From an uncultured delta proteobacterium (GTDB lineage: Bacteria; Desulfobacterota; Binatia; UBA9968): DNA of 64,000 nt. The stretch's first letter is position 1. Each line of letters opens with the position of its first letter. The notes under the pieces were generated by a model. That model saw nothing but the letters and a program-made list of their open reading frames with translations, had not been told where the DNA came from and did no database searches. This document shows positions 41,763 to 55,612 of this stretch, piece after piece. A program made the translations under genes and the position numbers. The DNA is taken from assembly GCA_963760795.1 (NCBI GenBank), contig CAVXEP010000003.1, positions 128,001-192,000 of the forward strand, written 5' to 3'.

Positions 41763-42641
41763 CTAGTTTTGCAGCAGCCCGAAATCGCCGAGGGCTACTC
41801 TTAGGCGCTGCAAATTGCTCTCAGCCATCGGCGTCATCGGCAAACGCAGTTCGCCGCTGCATTTACCCATCAACGCAAGCGCGGTCTTCGCCGGGATCGG
41901 GTTGGTTTCGATGAACAGGCTGCGGATCAGCGGAATCAGTTGGAATTGCATCTTGCGCGCCTCGTCCCATCTGCCTGCCAGACAAGCTTGGGCAAGCTGC
42001 GCGGTCTGCTTCGGTGCGACGTTGGCGACCGTCGAGATCACCCCTTTGCCGCCGAGAGACATGAGCGAGTAAATCAACGAATCTTCGCCCGAGTAGACCG
42101 CCAGACGGTCGCCGCACAGGCGAATCACGTCGATGGCTTGGTCCACCGAGCCGGTGGCTTCCTTGACGCCGGCAACGTTCGTGATTTCGGCAAGACGCGC
42201 CAAAGTCTCAGGTTCGATCTTAGAACCGGTGCGGCCCGGAATGTTGTAGACGATCAGCGGGATACCGACTGCCGAGGCGACCTTTTTATAATGTTGATAG
42301 ATGCCTTCCTGGGTCGGCCGGTTGTAATAGGGCGAGATCATCAACGCGCCGTCGGCGCCGGATCTTTCCGCTTCTTGGGTTAAGCGCACCGCCTCATCCG
42401 TGGAATTGGACCCCGTGCCGGCGATCACCGGCACGCGTTTATTGACGGTCTTGATGACAATGCGAATGACTTCGTCATGCTCGGCGTGACTGAGGGTCGC
42501 CGACTCGCCGGTGGTGCCGCAAGGAACAATGCCGTTGGTGCCGTTTTCCAGGTGAAACTCGACCAGCGCCTCAAGACTGGGCCAGTCGACCTGGCCGTTT
42601 TTGAATGGCGTCACCAGCGCAACCATCGAACCGCTAAACAT
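41763..42641 (-). CDS. dapA: 4-hydroxy-tetrahydrodipicolinate synthase
   Basis: GTTGES, PYYNRP, YNIPGRT, GVKEA, ETNPIP. Confidence 0.96.
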   Translation of the reverse strand: MFSGSMVALVTPFKNGQVDWPSLEALVEFHLENGTNGIVPCGTTGESATLSHAEHDEVIRIVIKTVNKRVPVIAGTGSNSTDEAVRLTQEAERSGADGALMISPYYNRPTQEGIYQHYKKVASAVGIPLIVYNIPGRTGSKIEPETLARLAEITNVAGVKEATGSVDQAIDVIRLCGDRLAVYSGEDSLIYSLMSLGGKGVISTVANVAPKQTAQLAQACLAGRWDEARKMQFQLIPLIRSLFIETNPIPAKTALALMGKCSGELRLPMTPMAESNLQRLRVALGDFGLLQN

Positions 42642-42653
42642 AATCTTAAACTC

Positions 42654-43475
42654 CTATGCGAGCAGAACCGTGCCGTGAAACACTTCCGTCGCCCCGCCGG
42701 TCATATAGACGCGATTGTTGTCGCGCCATTCAATCACCAAATCGCCGCCCTTGAGATGGACCGTAACTTTCCGTGCCGTGCGGCCGGTGATCACGCCGGC
42801 AACGCCGACGGCGCTGGCGCCGGTGCCGCAAGCCCAGGTTTCTCCGGCGCCGCGCTCCCAGGTCCGCTGGCGGACTTCCGTCCGACTGATGATCTTGACG
42901 AACTCGGTGTTCACCCGCTTGGGAAAAAACGGATGATGCTCGAAATCGGGACCGATCTTTTGCAGATCCAAAGAATCGATATCGTCGAGATAAATCACCG
43001 AGTGAGGGTTGCCCATCGACACGCAGGTGATTTCGTAAGTTTTACCCTGCACCGTGAGCGGTCGATTTTTAATCTCGCCGTCGGCATCGACAGGAATTTT
43101 ACGCCCATCGAGAATCGGCTCGCCCATATCGACCTCTACTAGATCGCCGACGATCTTCGGCCGGATGATGCCGGCTAGAGTCTCCACTTCGAGAGTGCGT
43201 TTCTCCGTAATGCCATGATCGTAGACATATTTGGCGAAGCAGCGGATGCCGTTGCCGCACATCTCCACCTGGCTGCCGTCGGCGTTGTAGATCTCCATTT
43301 TGAAATCGGCGACTACCGATGGATGCACGGTGAGCAATTGATCAGCGCCGATGCCAAAGCGCCGGTCGCAGAGCTGCCTGGCCACGGCTTCAAGGTTTTC
43401 GATATTGTTTTTCAAACAATCAAGAAAGACGAAATCGTTGCCCGCCCCATGCATCTTGGTAAATTGCAATTCCAT
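42654..43475 (-). CDS. dapF: Diaminopimelate epimerase
   Basis: FTKMHGAGNDF, EMCGNGIRC, SMGNPH, ERGAGETWACGTGA. Confidence 0.97.
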   Translation of the reverse strand: MELQFTKMHGAGNDFVFLDCLKNNIENLEAVARQLCDRRFGIGADQLLTVHPSVVADFKMEIYNADGSQVEMCGNGIRCFAKYVYDHGITEKRTLEVETLAGIIRPKIVGDLVEVDMGEPILDGRKIPVDADGEIKNRPLTVQGKTYEITCVSMGNPHSVIYLDDIDSLDLQKIGPDFEHHPFFPKRVNTEFVKIISRTEVRQRTWERGAGETWACGTGASAVGVAGVITGRTARKVTVHLKGGDLVIEWRDNNRVYMTGGATEVFHGTVLLA

Positions 43476-43513
43476 ACTCTTGAACTCTTGAACCGTGGAA
43501 GGTTTTAACGAAA

Positions 43514-44785
43514 TTATTGCAACGAAGCGGGTATCACCTCGCCGTTGATCAAATCTTCGAAGCTCTCGCGCTTGCGCACAACATAATACTTATCGCCGTC
43601 GACCAGGATCTCGGGCGGCTTGGGATGCGAATTGTAGTTCGACGCCATGGTAAAACCGTAGGCGCCGGCGCTCATCACCGCCAGCAAATCGCCGCGCTTG
43701 GGCCGGGCGATGTCGCGGTCCTTGGCGAAGAAGTCGCCGCTCTCGCAGATCGGCCCGACCACATCGGCGTTGATGACTTCGGCCTTGGTCTCGACAATCG
43801 GCCGAATCGCTTGGTACGAGCCGTAGAGCGCCGGGCGGATAAGGTCGTTCATGCCGCCGTCGACGATGACGAATTTTTTCGTGTCGGTCTCCTTGATGTA
43901 CTGCACTTCGGTCATGAGAATGCCGGCGTTGCCGACGATCACCCGGCCCGGTTCGAGAATCAGCGTTACGTCCAGCCCCTCCAGACCTTTAATGATCGCC
44001 TTGGCATAGGCATCGGGCAGGGGCGGATTCTCATCGTTATAGTTGATGCCCAAACCACCGCCGAGATCGAGATAGCGAATCTGCGCGCCTTCTTTTCTCA
44101 TCTCGCCGAGCAATACCCGGTCGAGGTACTCGCGCACCTTGGCGAGGGCGTCGACGAATGGCGTCAAGGACGTCAGTTGCGAGCCGATATGGCAGTCGAC
44201 GCCGACGACTTCGAGGTGCTTAAGCGATACCGCGCGCTTGTAGGCTTCGATGGAGCGCTTGATATCGACGCCGAACTTGGCCTTTTTCATGCCGGTGGAA
44301 ATATAAGGATGGGTCTGCGGATCGACGTCGGGATTGACGCGCAAACTGATCGGCGCTTTTTTGCCGATACCGGCGGCGATTTCGTTCAAAGCGGTCAACT
44401 CCTCTTCGGACTCGACGTTGAACATCAAGATGCCCGAGTTGAGCGCATACTCGACTTCGTCCTTCTTTTTGCCGACGCCGGAAAAAACGATGCGCTTGGG
44501 ATCGGCGCCGACTTTTAGAGCGCGGAACAGCTCGCCGCCCGAGACGATATCGAAACCGCTGCCCTGTTTGGCGAAGGAGCGCAGCAGTGCCAGATTGGAA
44601 TTGGCTTTCACCGAAAAGCACACGATGTGCGGCACCTTGGCAAAGGCTTGGTCGAAGACGCTGTAGTGGCGCGTCAAGGTCGCGAGACTATAAACATAAG
44701 CCGGCGTGCCGACTTCCTGAGCGATGCGCTTGAGCGCAACGTCCTCCGCATACATTTCACCGTTGCGATATTCAAAATGATTCAT
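43514..44785 (-). CDS. lysA: Diaminopimelate decarboxylase
   Basis: SVKAN, HIGSQL, DLGGG, EPGR, GPICESGD, MASNYN. Confidence 0.97.
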   Translation of the reverse strand: MNHFEYRNGEMYAEDVALKRIAQEVGTPAYVYSLATLTRHYSVFDQAFAKVPHIVCFSVKANSNLALLRSFAKQGSGFDIVSGGELFRALKVGADPKRIVFSGVGKKKDEVEYALNSGILMFNVESEEELTALNEIAAGIGKKAPISLRVNPDVDPQTHPYISTGMKKAKFGVDIKRSIEAYKRAVSLKHLEVVGVDCHIGSQLTSLTPFVDALAKVREYLDRVLLGEMRKEGAQIRYLDLGGGLGINYNDENPPLPDAYAKAIIKGLEGLDVTLILEPGRVIVGNAGILMTEVQYIKETDTKKFVIVDGGMNDLIRPALYGSYQAIRPIVETKAEVINADVVGPICESGDFFAKDRDIARPKRGDLLAVMSAGAYGFTMASNYNSHPKPPEILVDGDKYYVVRKRESFEDLINGEVIPASLQ

Positions 44786-44795
44786 GGCTGACCTC

Positions 44796-45230
44796 TTAGC
44801 GGGTGATTTCGACTTCGTTGGACGGTCCGCTCAGGGAGCCGTCGAAAAGTTGCGACGACACACGGTAGCGATAGATCGTATTGGCACGTACTTCGCGGTC
44901 GTCGTAACGATACTGTTTGAGACGCACGAATTTCTCCCGATCCTCGACATTGACCGTGGTCAATTGCCGGTACGGCACCGGGCAATCCAGGCAGCTCTGG
45001 GAAATTTCCTTGCGGAAGATGACAAAGCTGGCCAAGTCCTTGAGCTCGCTGCCGTCGACATACTCGGTCGGCCGGTTCCAGGTCAGGGCGACACTATCGG
45101 CGGCCGATTTTGCCGCTAAATTAGTAATCACCTTCGGCGTCACTAACTCGGGCGCGCGCGGATCGCCCTTCTTGCCACACGCGCTGCCCGACACCACCAA
45201 CATCAATACCAGCAGCCATGCGTGTTTCAT
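44796..45230 (-). CDS. Lipoprotein with LptM/YifL-like N-terminus and Fn3-like domain
   Basis: Lipobox GSAC followed by GKKGDPRAPE; LTW...YRYRVS...SGPSNEV beta-sandwich pattern. Confidence 0.75.
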   Translation of the reverse strand: MKHAWLLVLMLVVSGSACGKKGDPRAPELVTPKVITNLAAKSAADSVALTWNRPTEYVDGSELKDLASFVIFRKEISQSCLDCPVPYRQLTTVNVEDREKFVRLKQYRYDDREVRANTIYRYRVSSQLFDGSLSGPSNEVEITR

Positions 45231-46622
45231 TAAATCCTCAATTCTTTCAGCCGGCGCACGACATTGCTTCTCGACGTGCCGCCCAGCGCACGCCGGCGCC
45301 CGACCACCGACGCCGGAGACAGGTAGTTGTAGATGTCCTTTTCGATCTTATTGGAAAATCCTCGCAGCTCCACCAGCGACAACTCTTCGATGCGCTTGCC
45401 GACGCCAATACAGCGCTGCACGACCTTGCCCGCCACCTCATGGGCCTGGCGGAACGGCATAGCGCGCTCGACTAAATAGTCGGCCAAATCCGTCGCGTTC
45501 ATATAGCCATCTTGGGCGGCGGCCAACATGCGCTCGCGCCGGACTTTCAACCCGCGGACGATCTCGCCGATGATTTTCACGCTCGCTTTGACCGTATCGG
45601 CGCTGTCGAACAGCGGCACTTTATCTTCTTGCAGATCGCGATTATAGGCAAGCGGCAACCCTTTCATGATGGTCAACAGCGCCAGCAGATGGCCGAACAC
45701 CCGGCCGGTCTTGCCGCGGATCAGCTCCGGCACGTCGGGGTTTTTTTTCTGCGGCATCATCGAGCTGCCGGTGCAATAACCGTCCGGCAATTCGACGAAG
45801 GCGAACTCTTGGCTCGACCACAATACCAATTCGTCGGCCAACCGGCTCAAATGGACAAACAGAATCGACGAAGCAGCAAGAAACTCTAGCAAGAAATCGC
45901 GATCGCTCACCGCATCGATGCTATTCTTTGAAATCCGCGGAAAACCCAAGAGCTTGGCGACATAAACTCTATCGATGGGAAAAGTCGTGCCGGCAATGGC
46001 GCCGGAGCCCAACGGTAGAACGTTGATCCGCTCCAAACAACCGGCATAGCGCTCGCAGTCGCGCTCGAACATGTCGTAGTAAGCCAGCAAATGATGCGAC
46101 AAGAGCACCGGCTGCGCCCGTTGCAAATGGGTGTAGCCAGGCATGATGACGTCGAGGTGTTTCTTGGCTCGCCTTGGCAAGCTCCCGTTGCAGAGTTTTG
46201 AGCAGAAGTAGAATTGCCGCCACTTCGTCGCGCAAATAGAGCCGCATATCCAAGGCGACCTGGTCGTTGCGGCTGCGCGCCGTGTGCAGCTTGGCGCCGG
46301 CGCTGCCGATCTTCTCGGTGAGCCGGCGCTCGATGTTCATGTGAATGTCTTCATCCGCCGGCGAGAACTCGAACTTGCCGCTGGCGATCTCGCGCTCGAT
46401 GGCCGCCAAGCCGCGGACAATTTTCTGCGCATCCCGCAGGGGAATAATCCGCTGCTTGCCGAGCATCTTGGCATGGGCGATGCTGCCCATGATGTCATGG
46501 CGGTACAGACGCGAATCGATGGCGATGGACGCGGTAAAGGCCTCGACGGAATCGGCGGTGCCACCGCTGAACCGGCCGCCCCAGAGTTTTTTTTTCGGCT
46601 TATCCACGATAACCTGAGACAA
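45230..46622 (-). CDS. argH: Argininosuccinate lyase, frameshifted near 46170
   Basis: [47 protein letters not shown]. Confidence 0.96.
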
Positions 46623-46688
46623 TGGAAAATTGATAATGGATAGTTGAAAATGATCGAGTCCTAAATTATCAATTCTCCATTTTCCATT
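46621..46688. repeat. Intergenic heptamer-derived inverted repeat
   Basis: AATGGAAAATTGATAAT ... ATTATCAATTCTCCATT (16 of 17 complementary). Confidence 0.7.
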
Positions 46689-46694
46689 CGCAAT

Positions 46695-47895
46695 TCACTT
46701 CGCCTTTGCTAGTTTACGCAGCCGCAGCCGCAACGCATTCAATCGAATAAAGCCTTCAGCATCGGCCTGGCGATAAACTTGATCGGCCTCGAAGGTCGCC
46801 ACGTTGGCATCGTAGAGCGAGGCGTCGGACTTGCGGCCGACCACCATGACGTTGCCTTTGTATAATTTCACGCGCACCCGGCCGGTGACGTTGGCCTGGG
46901 CGGCGTCGATGGTTTTTTGCAGCACTTCGCGCTCCGGCGCGAACCAGTAGCCGTAATAAATCATCTCGGCGTAGCGCGGGATCAGCGAATCGCGCAAGCG
47001 CAGCACTTCGCGGTCCATGGTAATCGACTCGATGCCGCGATGCGCTCCATGGAGAATTGTCCCGCCCGGGAGTTTCGTAAACACCGCGCGACTTCATGCC
47101 GACATAGCGGTTTTCGACCACGTCGACCCGGCCGATGCCATGCTTGGCGCCGATGTCGTTCAAGCGCGCCAACAGATTCGCCGGCGAGAGCTTTTTGCCG
47201 TTCAATGCCACCGGATCGCCGCGCAGATAATCGATTTCGATATATTCGGCGCGGTTGGGCGCCTTCTCCACCGGCCGGCACCAGACGAACATATCCGCCG
47301 GCGCTTCCTTCCACGGATCTTCGAGGACGCCGCCTTCGTAACTGATGTGAAACAAGTTGCGATCGGTGCTGTAGGGTTTGGCCTTGGTGACCGGCACCGG
47401 GATGCCATGCTTGCGCGCATAGTCGATCAAGGTCGAGCGCGCGTTTAAATTCCATTCGCGCCAGGGAGCGATGACTTTGATGCCCGGCTTGAGCGCATAG
47501 TAAGTCAGCTCGAAGCGCACTTGATCGTTGCCCTTGCCCGTGGCGCCATGAGAAACCGCGTCGGCTTTTTCTTGCACGGCGACGTCGATCTGCCCCTTGG
47601 CGATCAACGGCCGGGCGATGGATGTGCCGAGCAAATACGATCCTTCGTAAACCGCGTTGGCGCGCAGCATCGGGAAGACGTAATTTTTGACGAACTCTTC
47701 GCGCAGATCGCCGATCACGACTTTGCTTGCGCCCGTCTGCAGCGCTTTTTTCTTGACCGCCTGAAGATCTTCGCCCTGCCCCAGGTCGGCGCAGAAGGCT
47801 ATGACTTCGCAGCCATATTCTTCTTTGAGCCAGCGTAAAATGACCGACGTATCCAAACCGCCCGAGTAAGCCAATACTACTTTCTTGACGTTCAT
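46695..47895 (-). CDS. argG: Argininosuccinate synthase, frameshifted near 47065
   Basis: [41 protein letters not shown]. Confidence 0.96.
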
Positions 47896-48872
47896 CTGGA
47901 TTTCTTCAAACCTTTGCTTACGGTTTTCTTCATTGAACCTTGAACCCTTGAACCTTTGAACCCTTTTAAAAGCCAGACCATCACCGCCTTTTGCGCATGC
48001 AGGCGATTCTCCGCCTGATCGAAGGCGACACACTGCGGACTTTCCAGCACTTCGTGGGTGATCTCCTCGCCGCGGTGCGCCGGTAGGCAATGCATCACCA
48101 CCGCATCCGGTTTCGCCATGGCGACGACTTGGCTATTGACCTGGTAGGCGCGAAACGCTCGCAAGCGGTCTTGCACCTCTTTTTCCTGGCCCATGCTGGT
48201 CCAGACATCGGTATAGATCCCATCGGCGCCGGCCACCGCTTCTCTGACCGAATGAGTGATCGTGATCTTCGCCCCTTGGCTGCGCGCCTTTTGCAAAATC
48301 GCGGCGTCAGGTTCGTAACCCTTGGGACAGGCCAAGGCGAACGCAAACGGCACGATGGCGGCGGCTTCCAACCACGAATGAACCATGTTGTTGCCGTCGC
48401 CGACGAAAGCGATCTTCAAACCTTCGAGCTTGCCCTTATGCTCGATCAAGGTTTGGCAATCGGCGAGCACCTGGCACGGATGGTAGCCATCGGTGAGCGC
48501 GTTGATCACCGGCACCGCGGCATATTCGGCCAACTCTTCGATGATCTTGTGGCCGAAGGTGCGTACCGTGATCAGATCGAACCAGCGGTCAAGATTGCGC
48601 GCACAGTCCGCCGGAGTTTCCCGCGTGCCCAAGCCAACCTCGGCGGGCCCCAAGTAAACCGCGCTGCCGCCCAACTGGATCATGCCGACGTTAAAGGTCG
48701 CGCGCGTGCGCAGACTGGGCTTTTCAAATACCATTGCGAGCTGCTTGCCGGCCAACCAAGCATGCGCGATGCCGCGCAGCTGTTTGCGCTTCAACTCGTC
48801 GGCGAGTTGCAATAGGCCGTCGAACTCCCGGCGGCTCATGCCGGCGAAATTGAGCAAATCGCGTTTGTTCAT
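47892..48872 (-). CDS. argF: Ornithine carbamoyltransferase
   Basis: [41 protein letters not shown]. Confidence 0.96.
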   Translation of the reverse strand: MNKRDLLNFAGMSRREFDGLLQLADELKRKQLRGIAHAWLAGKQLAMVFEKPSLRTRATFNVGMIQLGGSAVYLGPAEVGLGTRETPADCARNLDRWFDLITVRTFGHKIIEELAEYAAVPVINALTDGYHPCQVLADCQTLIEHKGKLEGLKIAFVGDGNNMVHSWLEAAAIVPFAFALACPKGYEPDAAILQKARSQGAKITITHSVREAVAGADGIYTDVWTSMGQEKEVQDRLRAFRAYQVNSQVVAMAKPDAVVMHCLPAHRGEEITHEVLESPQCVAFDQAENRLHAQKAVMVWLLKGFKGSRVQGSMKKTVSKGLKKSR

Positions 48873-48892
48873 CGAATTTATGATGCTGATGG

Positions 48893-50976
<2,084 letters not shown>

Positions 50977-51009
50977 TTACAGGTTATTTCGGGTTTGCCG
51001 TGAAGATGG

Positions 51010-51105
51010 TTTCACCACGAAGGTTCATTGTCGCAGGCGAAAAATCTTTCACCCCTACCTAAATCATCCGAACCCGTCGTGTCCGTCGTGTCCTTCGTGA
51101 TGAAA
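51010..51105. repeat. Composite intergenic element: 14-bp terminal inverted repeats enclosing a degenerate GTAG REP and GTCGTGTCC tandem units
   Basis: TTTCACCACGAAGG ... CCTTCGTGATGAAA (13 of 14), internal GGCGAAAAATCTTTCACCCCTAC. Confidence 0.65.
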
Positions 51106-51202
51106 ACTCTTTCCCATTTGCGCTGCGACTCGCTACGCTCGTCGTGGCACACAACCCAAACGGAACGCGACGCATTATCCGCAAAATGGCTGAAGAACCA
51201 AT

Positions 51203-52582
51203 TTACAAGATATAGCGCGACAAATCTTCGCTCTTCAAGATCGGCGCCAGCCGCTCGCGCACATAGGCCGCGTCGATGGCGACTTCCTGGCCGTGCATCT
51301 CCGGCGCGGCGAAAGAAACTTCGTCGAGCAGCCTTTCCAAGATCGTGTGCAGCCGGCGCGCGCCGATGTTTTCCATGCGCTCGTTGACGTCGGCAGCGAT
51401 GGCGGCGATCTCCTGCACCGCGTCATCGGCAAACTTGAGATGGACGCCCTCGGTCTCGAGCAGCGCTTCATATTGTTTGATCAGCGCGTTCTTCGGTTCG
51501 GTGAGAATGCGCACGAAGTCGTCTTTGCCGAGGGAACTCAGCTCAACGCGAATCGGGAAGCGCCCCTGGAATTCGGGGATCAAGTCCGACGGCTTGGCCG
51601 TATGAAACGCCCCGGAAGCGACGAACAGAATATGATCGGTGCGCACCATGCCGTACTTGGTATTGACGGTGCAGCCTTCGACGATCGGCAAGAGATCGCG
51701 CTGCACCCCCTGGCGCGAGACATCCGGCCCATGCGCGGACTCGCGGCCGGCGATCTTGTCGATTTCGTCGAGAAAGACGATGCCCGACTGCTCGACACGT
51801 CGGGTAGCCTCGCCGGTGACTTTGTCCATGTCGACCAGCTTCCCCGCTTCTTCCTGGGTGAGAATCTCCAGCGCCTCGGGGATCTTGACGGTCTTCTTCT
51901 TGGTCTTCTTGGGCATCATGTTGGAAAACATGTCTTTGAGATTGAACTCCATGCCTTCCATGCCCTGGGGCGTCAGCACTTCGATCATCGGCATCATCGA
52001 CTGCGACATCTCGATCTCGACGAAGCGGTCGTCCATCTTGCCGTCGCGGAGCATTTTCTTGAGCTTATCGCGGGTCCCCTGCAGCCGCGCCGCGTCGACC
52101 GCTTCGGCGTCAACCACCTCACCGGCAGGCAGCAACAAATCGAGCACCCGCTCCTCGGCCACTTCGCGCGCCCGGATCTCGACCTTCTGCTTTTCTTCCT
52201 CTTTGACCATGTTGACGGCGAGATCGGTCAGATCGCGGATGATCGACTCGACATCGCGGCCGACATAACCGACCTCGGTGAACTTCGAGGCTTCGACCTT
52301 GATAAACGGCGCCTGGGCGAGCTTGGCCAAGCGCCGGGAGATTTCCGTCTTGCCGACGCCGGTGGGACCGATCATGATGATATTTTTCGGCGCGATCTCG
52401 TCGCGCAGATCGTCCGGCACCAACTGGCGCCGCCAGCGGTTGCGCAGCGCGATGGCCACCGCCCGTTTGGCGTCCTTTTGCCCGACGATATAACGGTCGA
52501 GTTCCGAGACGATCTCGCGCGGCGTCATCACCGGCGCCGGCGAAGTCCCGGCGTCATTGAGTGTTTTTGCAACGTCTGTCAT
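51203..52582 (-). CDS. hslU: ATP-dependent protease ATPase subunit HslU
   Basis: [37 protein letters not shown], ends DLSRYIL. Confidence 0.97.
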   Translation of the reverse strand: MTDVAKTLNDAGTSPAPVMTPREIVSELDRYIVGQKDAKRAVAIALRNRWRRQLVPDDLRDEIAPKNIIMIGPTGVGKTEISRRLAKLAQAPFIKVEASKFTEVGYVGRDVESIIRDLTDLAVNMVKEEEKQKVEIRAREVAEERVLDLLLPAGEVVDAEAVDAARLQGTRDKLKKMLRDGKMDDRFVEIEMSQSMMPMIEVLTPQGMEGMEFNLKDMFSNMMPKKTKKKTVKIPEALEILTQEEAGKLVDMDKVTGEATRRVEQSGIVFLDEIDKIAGRESAHGPDVSRQGVQRDLLPIVEGCTVNTKYGMVRTDHILFVASGAFHTAKPSDLIPEFQGRFPIRVELSSLGKDDFVRILTEPKNALIKQYEALLETEGVHLKFADDAVQEIAAIAADVNERMENIGARRLHTILERLLDEVSFAAPEMHGQEVAIDAAYVRERLAPILKSEDLSRYIL

Positions 52583-52728
52583 GGGAATTAACACTCCTAA
52601 CAATTCCGCCAGGAAATGCAATGATTTCCCCGCGAGTAGCCAGGCGAGCGATGCACCGTTGCCCGCGTCCCCGCTCTGTAATTTGGAAGTTGTAATCTGG
52701 AATCCGCAGTGCCGCGCCCAGCGCGGCA

Positions 52729-53259
52729 CTACGGAAGCTCTTCAAAGGTCAGCTGCTCGTTGGTGTAAACGCAGATGCCGGCGGCCACCCGCATGGCTTC
52801 TTCGGCGATCACGCGGGCGTCGAGCTGGGTGTGTTTGACCAGCACCCGCGCCGCCGCCAGGGCATAGTTACCGCCCGAGCCGATGGCGATGACGCCGTCA
52901 TCCGGTTCGATGACATCGCCGGCGCCGGAAATGACCAGCAGATCGGTCACGTCGGCGATGATCAGCAACGCCTCCAACCGCCGCAGGATGCGATCCGTGC
53001 GCCAATCCTTGGCCAGCTCCACCGCGGCGCGCTTGAGATTGCCGTTGAATTGTTCGAGCTTGGCTTCGAACTTCTCGAATAGCGTAAAGGCATCCGCCGT
53101 CGCGCCGGCGAAACCGGCGATCACCTTGTCATGATGCAGCTTGCGCACCTTGCGCGCGCTATGCTTCATCACCGTCTGCCCCAAGCTCACCTGGCCATCG
53201 CCGACCATGACCACTTTGCCGCCATGGCGTATCGCTAAAATTGTCGTTCCTTCAAACAT
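52729..53259 (-). CDS. hslV: ATP-dependent protease peptidase subunit HslV
   Basis: [27 protein letters not shown]. Confidence 0.97.
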   Translation of the reverse strand: MFEGTTILAIRHGGKVVMVGDGQVSLGQTVMKHSARKVRKLHHDKVIAGFAGATADAFTLFEKFEAKLEQFNGNLKRAAVELAKDWRTDRILRRLEALLIIADVTDLLVISGAGDVIEPDDGVIAIGSGGNYALAAARVLVKHTQLDARVIAEEAMRVAAGICVYTNEQLTFEELP

Positions 53260-53272
53260 AATTAATTTCGGG

Positions 53273-53334
53273 TCGAAGATAGCGGATCGAGAATTGAGAA
53301 TCGCGATCTTCTATCCTCCATCTTCCATCCTCGA
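53273..53334. repeat. Intergenic heptamer-derived inverted repeat (GATCGAG/CATCCTC type)
   Basis: TCGAAGATAGCGGATCGAGAATTGAGAATCG followed by CGATCTTCTATCCTCCATCTTCCATCCTCGA. Confidence 0.6.
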
Positions 53335-53344
53335 CTTTCCAATT

Positions 53345-54255
53345 TCACGCCCGCGGATGCGCCTTGTCGTACACCGCGGTCAGTTGATCCAAGTTCAAAT
53401 GGGTATAGCGCTGGGTCGTCGATAGGCTGACATGGCCGAGCAGCTCCTGAATCACTCTCAGGTCGGCGCCGCTGTTGAGCAAGTGAGTGGCAAAGCTATG
53501 GCGCAAACCATGGGGACCCATTTTGATCTGGATGCCCGCCAGCCGCAAATGTTTCTCGACGATGCGCGCGACGCTGCGCGTGGTGATGCGCCGGCCGCGA
53601 TGATTGAGAAACACCGGCGTTGCGCCGCGGCAAGCGACCTGCCACTGCAGATCGGACCGAGTCGGCGTAGGACTCTAGCGCCTTCAGCGCCACCGCGCCG
53701 ATCGGCACGATGCGTTCCTTGGCACCCTTGCCGACCACGCGAATGATGCCCAATTGGACGTCAATATCAGACCAGTGAAGCCCGACCAACTCGCTGACGC
53801 GAATCCCCGTGGAATAGAACACTTCCAACACGGCGCGATCGCGCTGGTCGAGGCCGCTCTCAAGCTTGATCGTATCCAACAAGTGAAACGCGTCGTCGAC
53901 GGTAAGAAACTTGGGCAGCGGCTTTTCCTGCTTGGGCGAGTTGATCAACAGCAGCGGATCTTTGCCGAGCCGCTTGGTCGTCACCAAATAGCGAAAGAAC
54001 CCTTTCAGCGCCGCCAGCTTGCGCCCGATCGAACTCTTCTTGCGGTCCGGCGCTAAAGACGCCAGATAAGCCCGCACCACATGAATGTCGACTTTGCCGG
54101 CATCCACCCCGCCGTCACCATCCAGCGCCTGCTCCCGCGCCACAAGAAAATTTTGAAACTGCGCCAAGTCGCTTAGATAATTGCGCAGCGTGTGCGGCGA
54201 CACATTGCGCTCGTTGCGCAGGTGTGCCGGCATATTGTTGGATTAGCGATTCCAC
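53345..54255 (-). CDS. xerC: Tyrosine recombinase XerC, frameshifted
   Basis: [54 protein letters not shown]; sits upstream of hslVU. Confidence 0.92.
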
Positions 54256-54364
54256 GGTCGGGCTTTCAACTCGTTGAGAATACCACCAACCGGAGTTGAA
54301 CTCTACCAAATGATTAGTAAACCTCGGTTTCACGTCGATTTCGATTCATGTTAATCGTACCCCT

Positions 54365-55121
54365 GTGGCGATCGAAGAAGACCTCTCATTTCGCACTGCC
54401 AACGGCGATACTCTCAGTGCAGTTCTGCACCATCCAAAGCGTTCGCCCCACGGCGCGAGCGATCCTTTGCCATGGCATGGAGTCGGCGAAGCATAGCGAA
54501 AAATTGATCTTCTTGGCTCAAGCGCTGGCGGAGCGCGGAATCTTAGCGCTGCGCTTCGACTTCCGTTACGTCGGCGAGTCCAGCGGCAAGTTCGCCGACA
54601 TTACTTACAGCGGCGAGGTGGAGGATCTGCAGGCGGCATATGAATCGATTCAAAGCCGACAGCCCGGCAAGACCGCCATCTTTGGCTCCAGCATGGGCGG
54701 CACAGTGGCGTTGCTCTTCGCCGCCGAGGAACCGGAAGTCGCCGCAGTCACCACCCTAGCGGCGCCAATGCATCCGGAAAATTTTCCAAAGCGCATGCTC
54801 ACACCCTTACAGCTACAGCATTGGCGCGAACGCGGCTACACCAGCTACAACGGCCAGCGCTTGAATGTTTCCTTGCTCGACGACTTAGAGAGACTCAACG
54901 TGCCAGAGGCCGTGCGGCGAATCCGCTGCCCGGTGCTAATCCTTCATGGCGACGCCGATGAAGTCGTGCCGGTTGCCGAAGCCTATGAACTGCACGAATC
55001 TCTAAACAGCGCCAAACGGCTGGCGATCTTCAATAACACGGATCATCGCTTCTCGAATCCAGAGGTCATGCAGGGCGCCATGACCGAAGCGCTGGATTGG
55101 CTGACGGAACATGTTAGATAA
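54365..55121 (+). CDS. Alpha/beta hydrolase, frameshifted near 54450
   Basis: LCHG, RFDF, GSSMGG, ILHGDADEVVP, DHRF. Confidence 0.88.
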
Positions 55122-55130
55122 AGTGCAACG

Positions 55131-55538
55131 ATGATAACAAAACTACAGATGGTCGTTCGAGCTGTCGCTATGGCTTTGTTCCTAACCGCCTGCGGCCATG
55201 ATTTAAACACCGCTCAAGGCGTAGCCGAGGAATTTGTCGATCATCACTATGTCAAGATCGATTTGCAAAAGGCCAAGCAGTTCACGGTAAGCGTCGCCCA
55301 AGCCAAGATCGACGAGGAGATCCGCCTGACTAGCGGGCAAACCATCGATGCCTCGACGCAAAAGCCGCGGGTGAATTACGCGCTATTGGAAAAGAATGAA
55401 GGCGAGCAGCGGTCGACGTTTTTGTTCGAAGGCAAGATTCAATCCGACGACGGCACGTCGTTTACCCGCAAGTGGTCCATCGCCACGCGCAAGGAAAGCA
55501 ATGGCTGGCGGGTCTCAAACTTCACCGAATCGGAGTAG
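55131..55538 (+). CDS. Hypothetical lipoprotein
   Basis: Lipobox LTAC; NTF2-like pattern VAEEFVDHHY...GWRV. Confidence 0.75.
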   Translation: MITKLQMVVRAVAMALFLTACGHDLNTAQGVAEEFVDHHYVKIDLQKAKQFTVSVAQAKIDEEIRLTSGQTIDASTQKPRVNYALLEKNEGEQRSTFLFEGKIQSDDGTSFTRKWSIATRKESNGWRVSNFTESE

Positions 55539-55612
55539 ACAGAATCGAGATTCGAGACCAAGAGCGCCCCTCAGGTATCGCTATATCAAATCAGATATCC
55601 GGCTCTTGTCCG

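Noticed and set aside
45230-47895. Programmed frameshifting in argG or argH
   Set aside because: No slippery-site-plus-structure signature, and similar indels occur throughout the window, so sequencing error is more likely.
53345-54255. Tyrosine recombinase as a prophage or island integrase
   Set aside because: Size, motifs and position upstream of hslVU fit housekeeping XerC; no phage genes or att site nearby.
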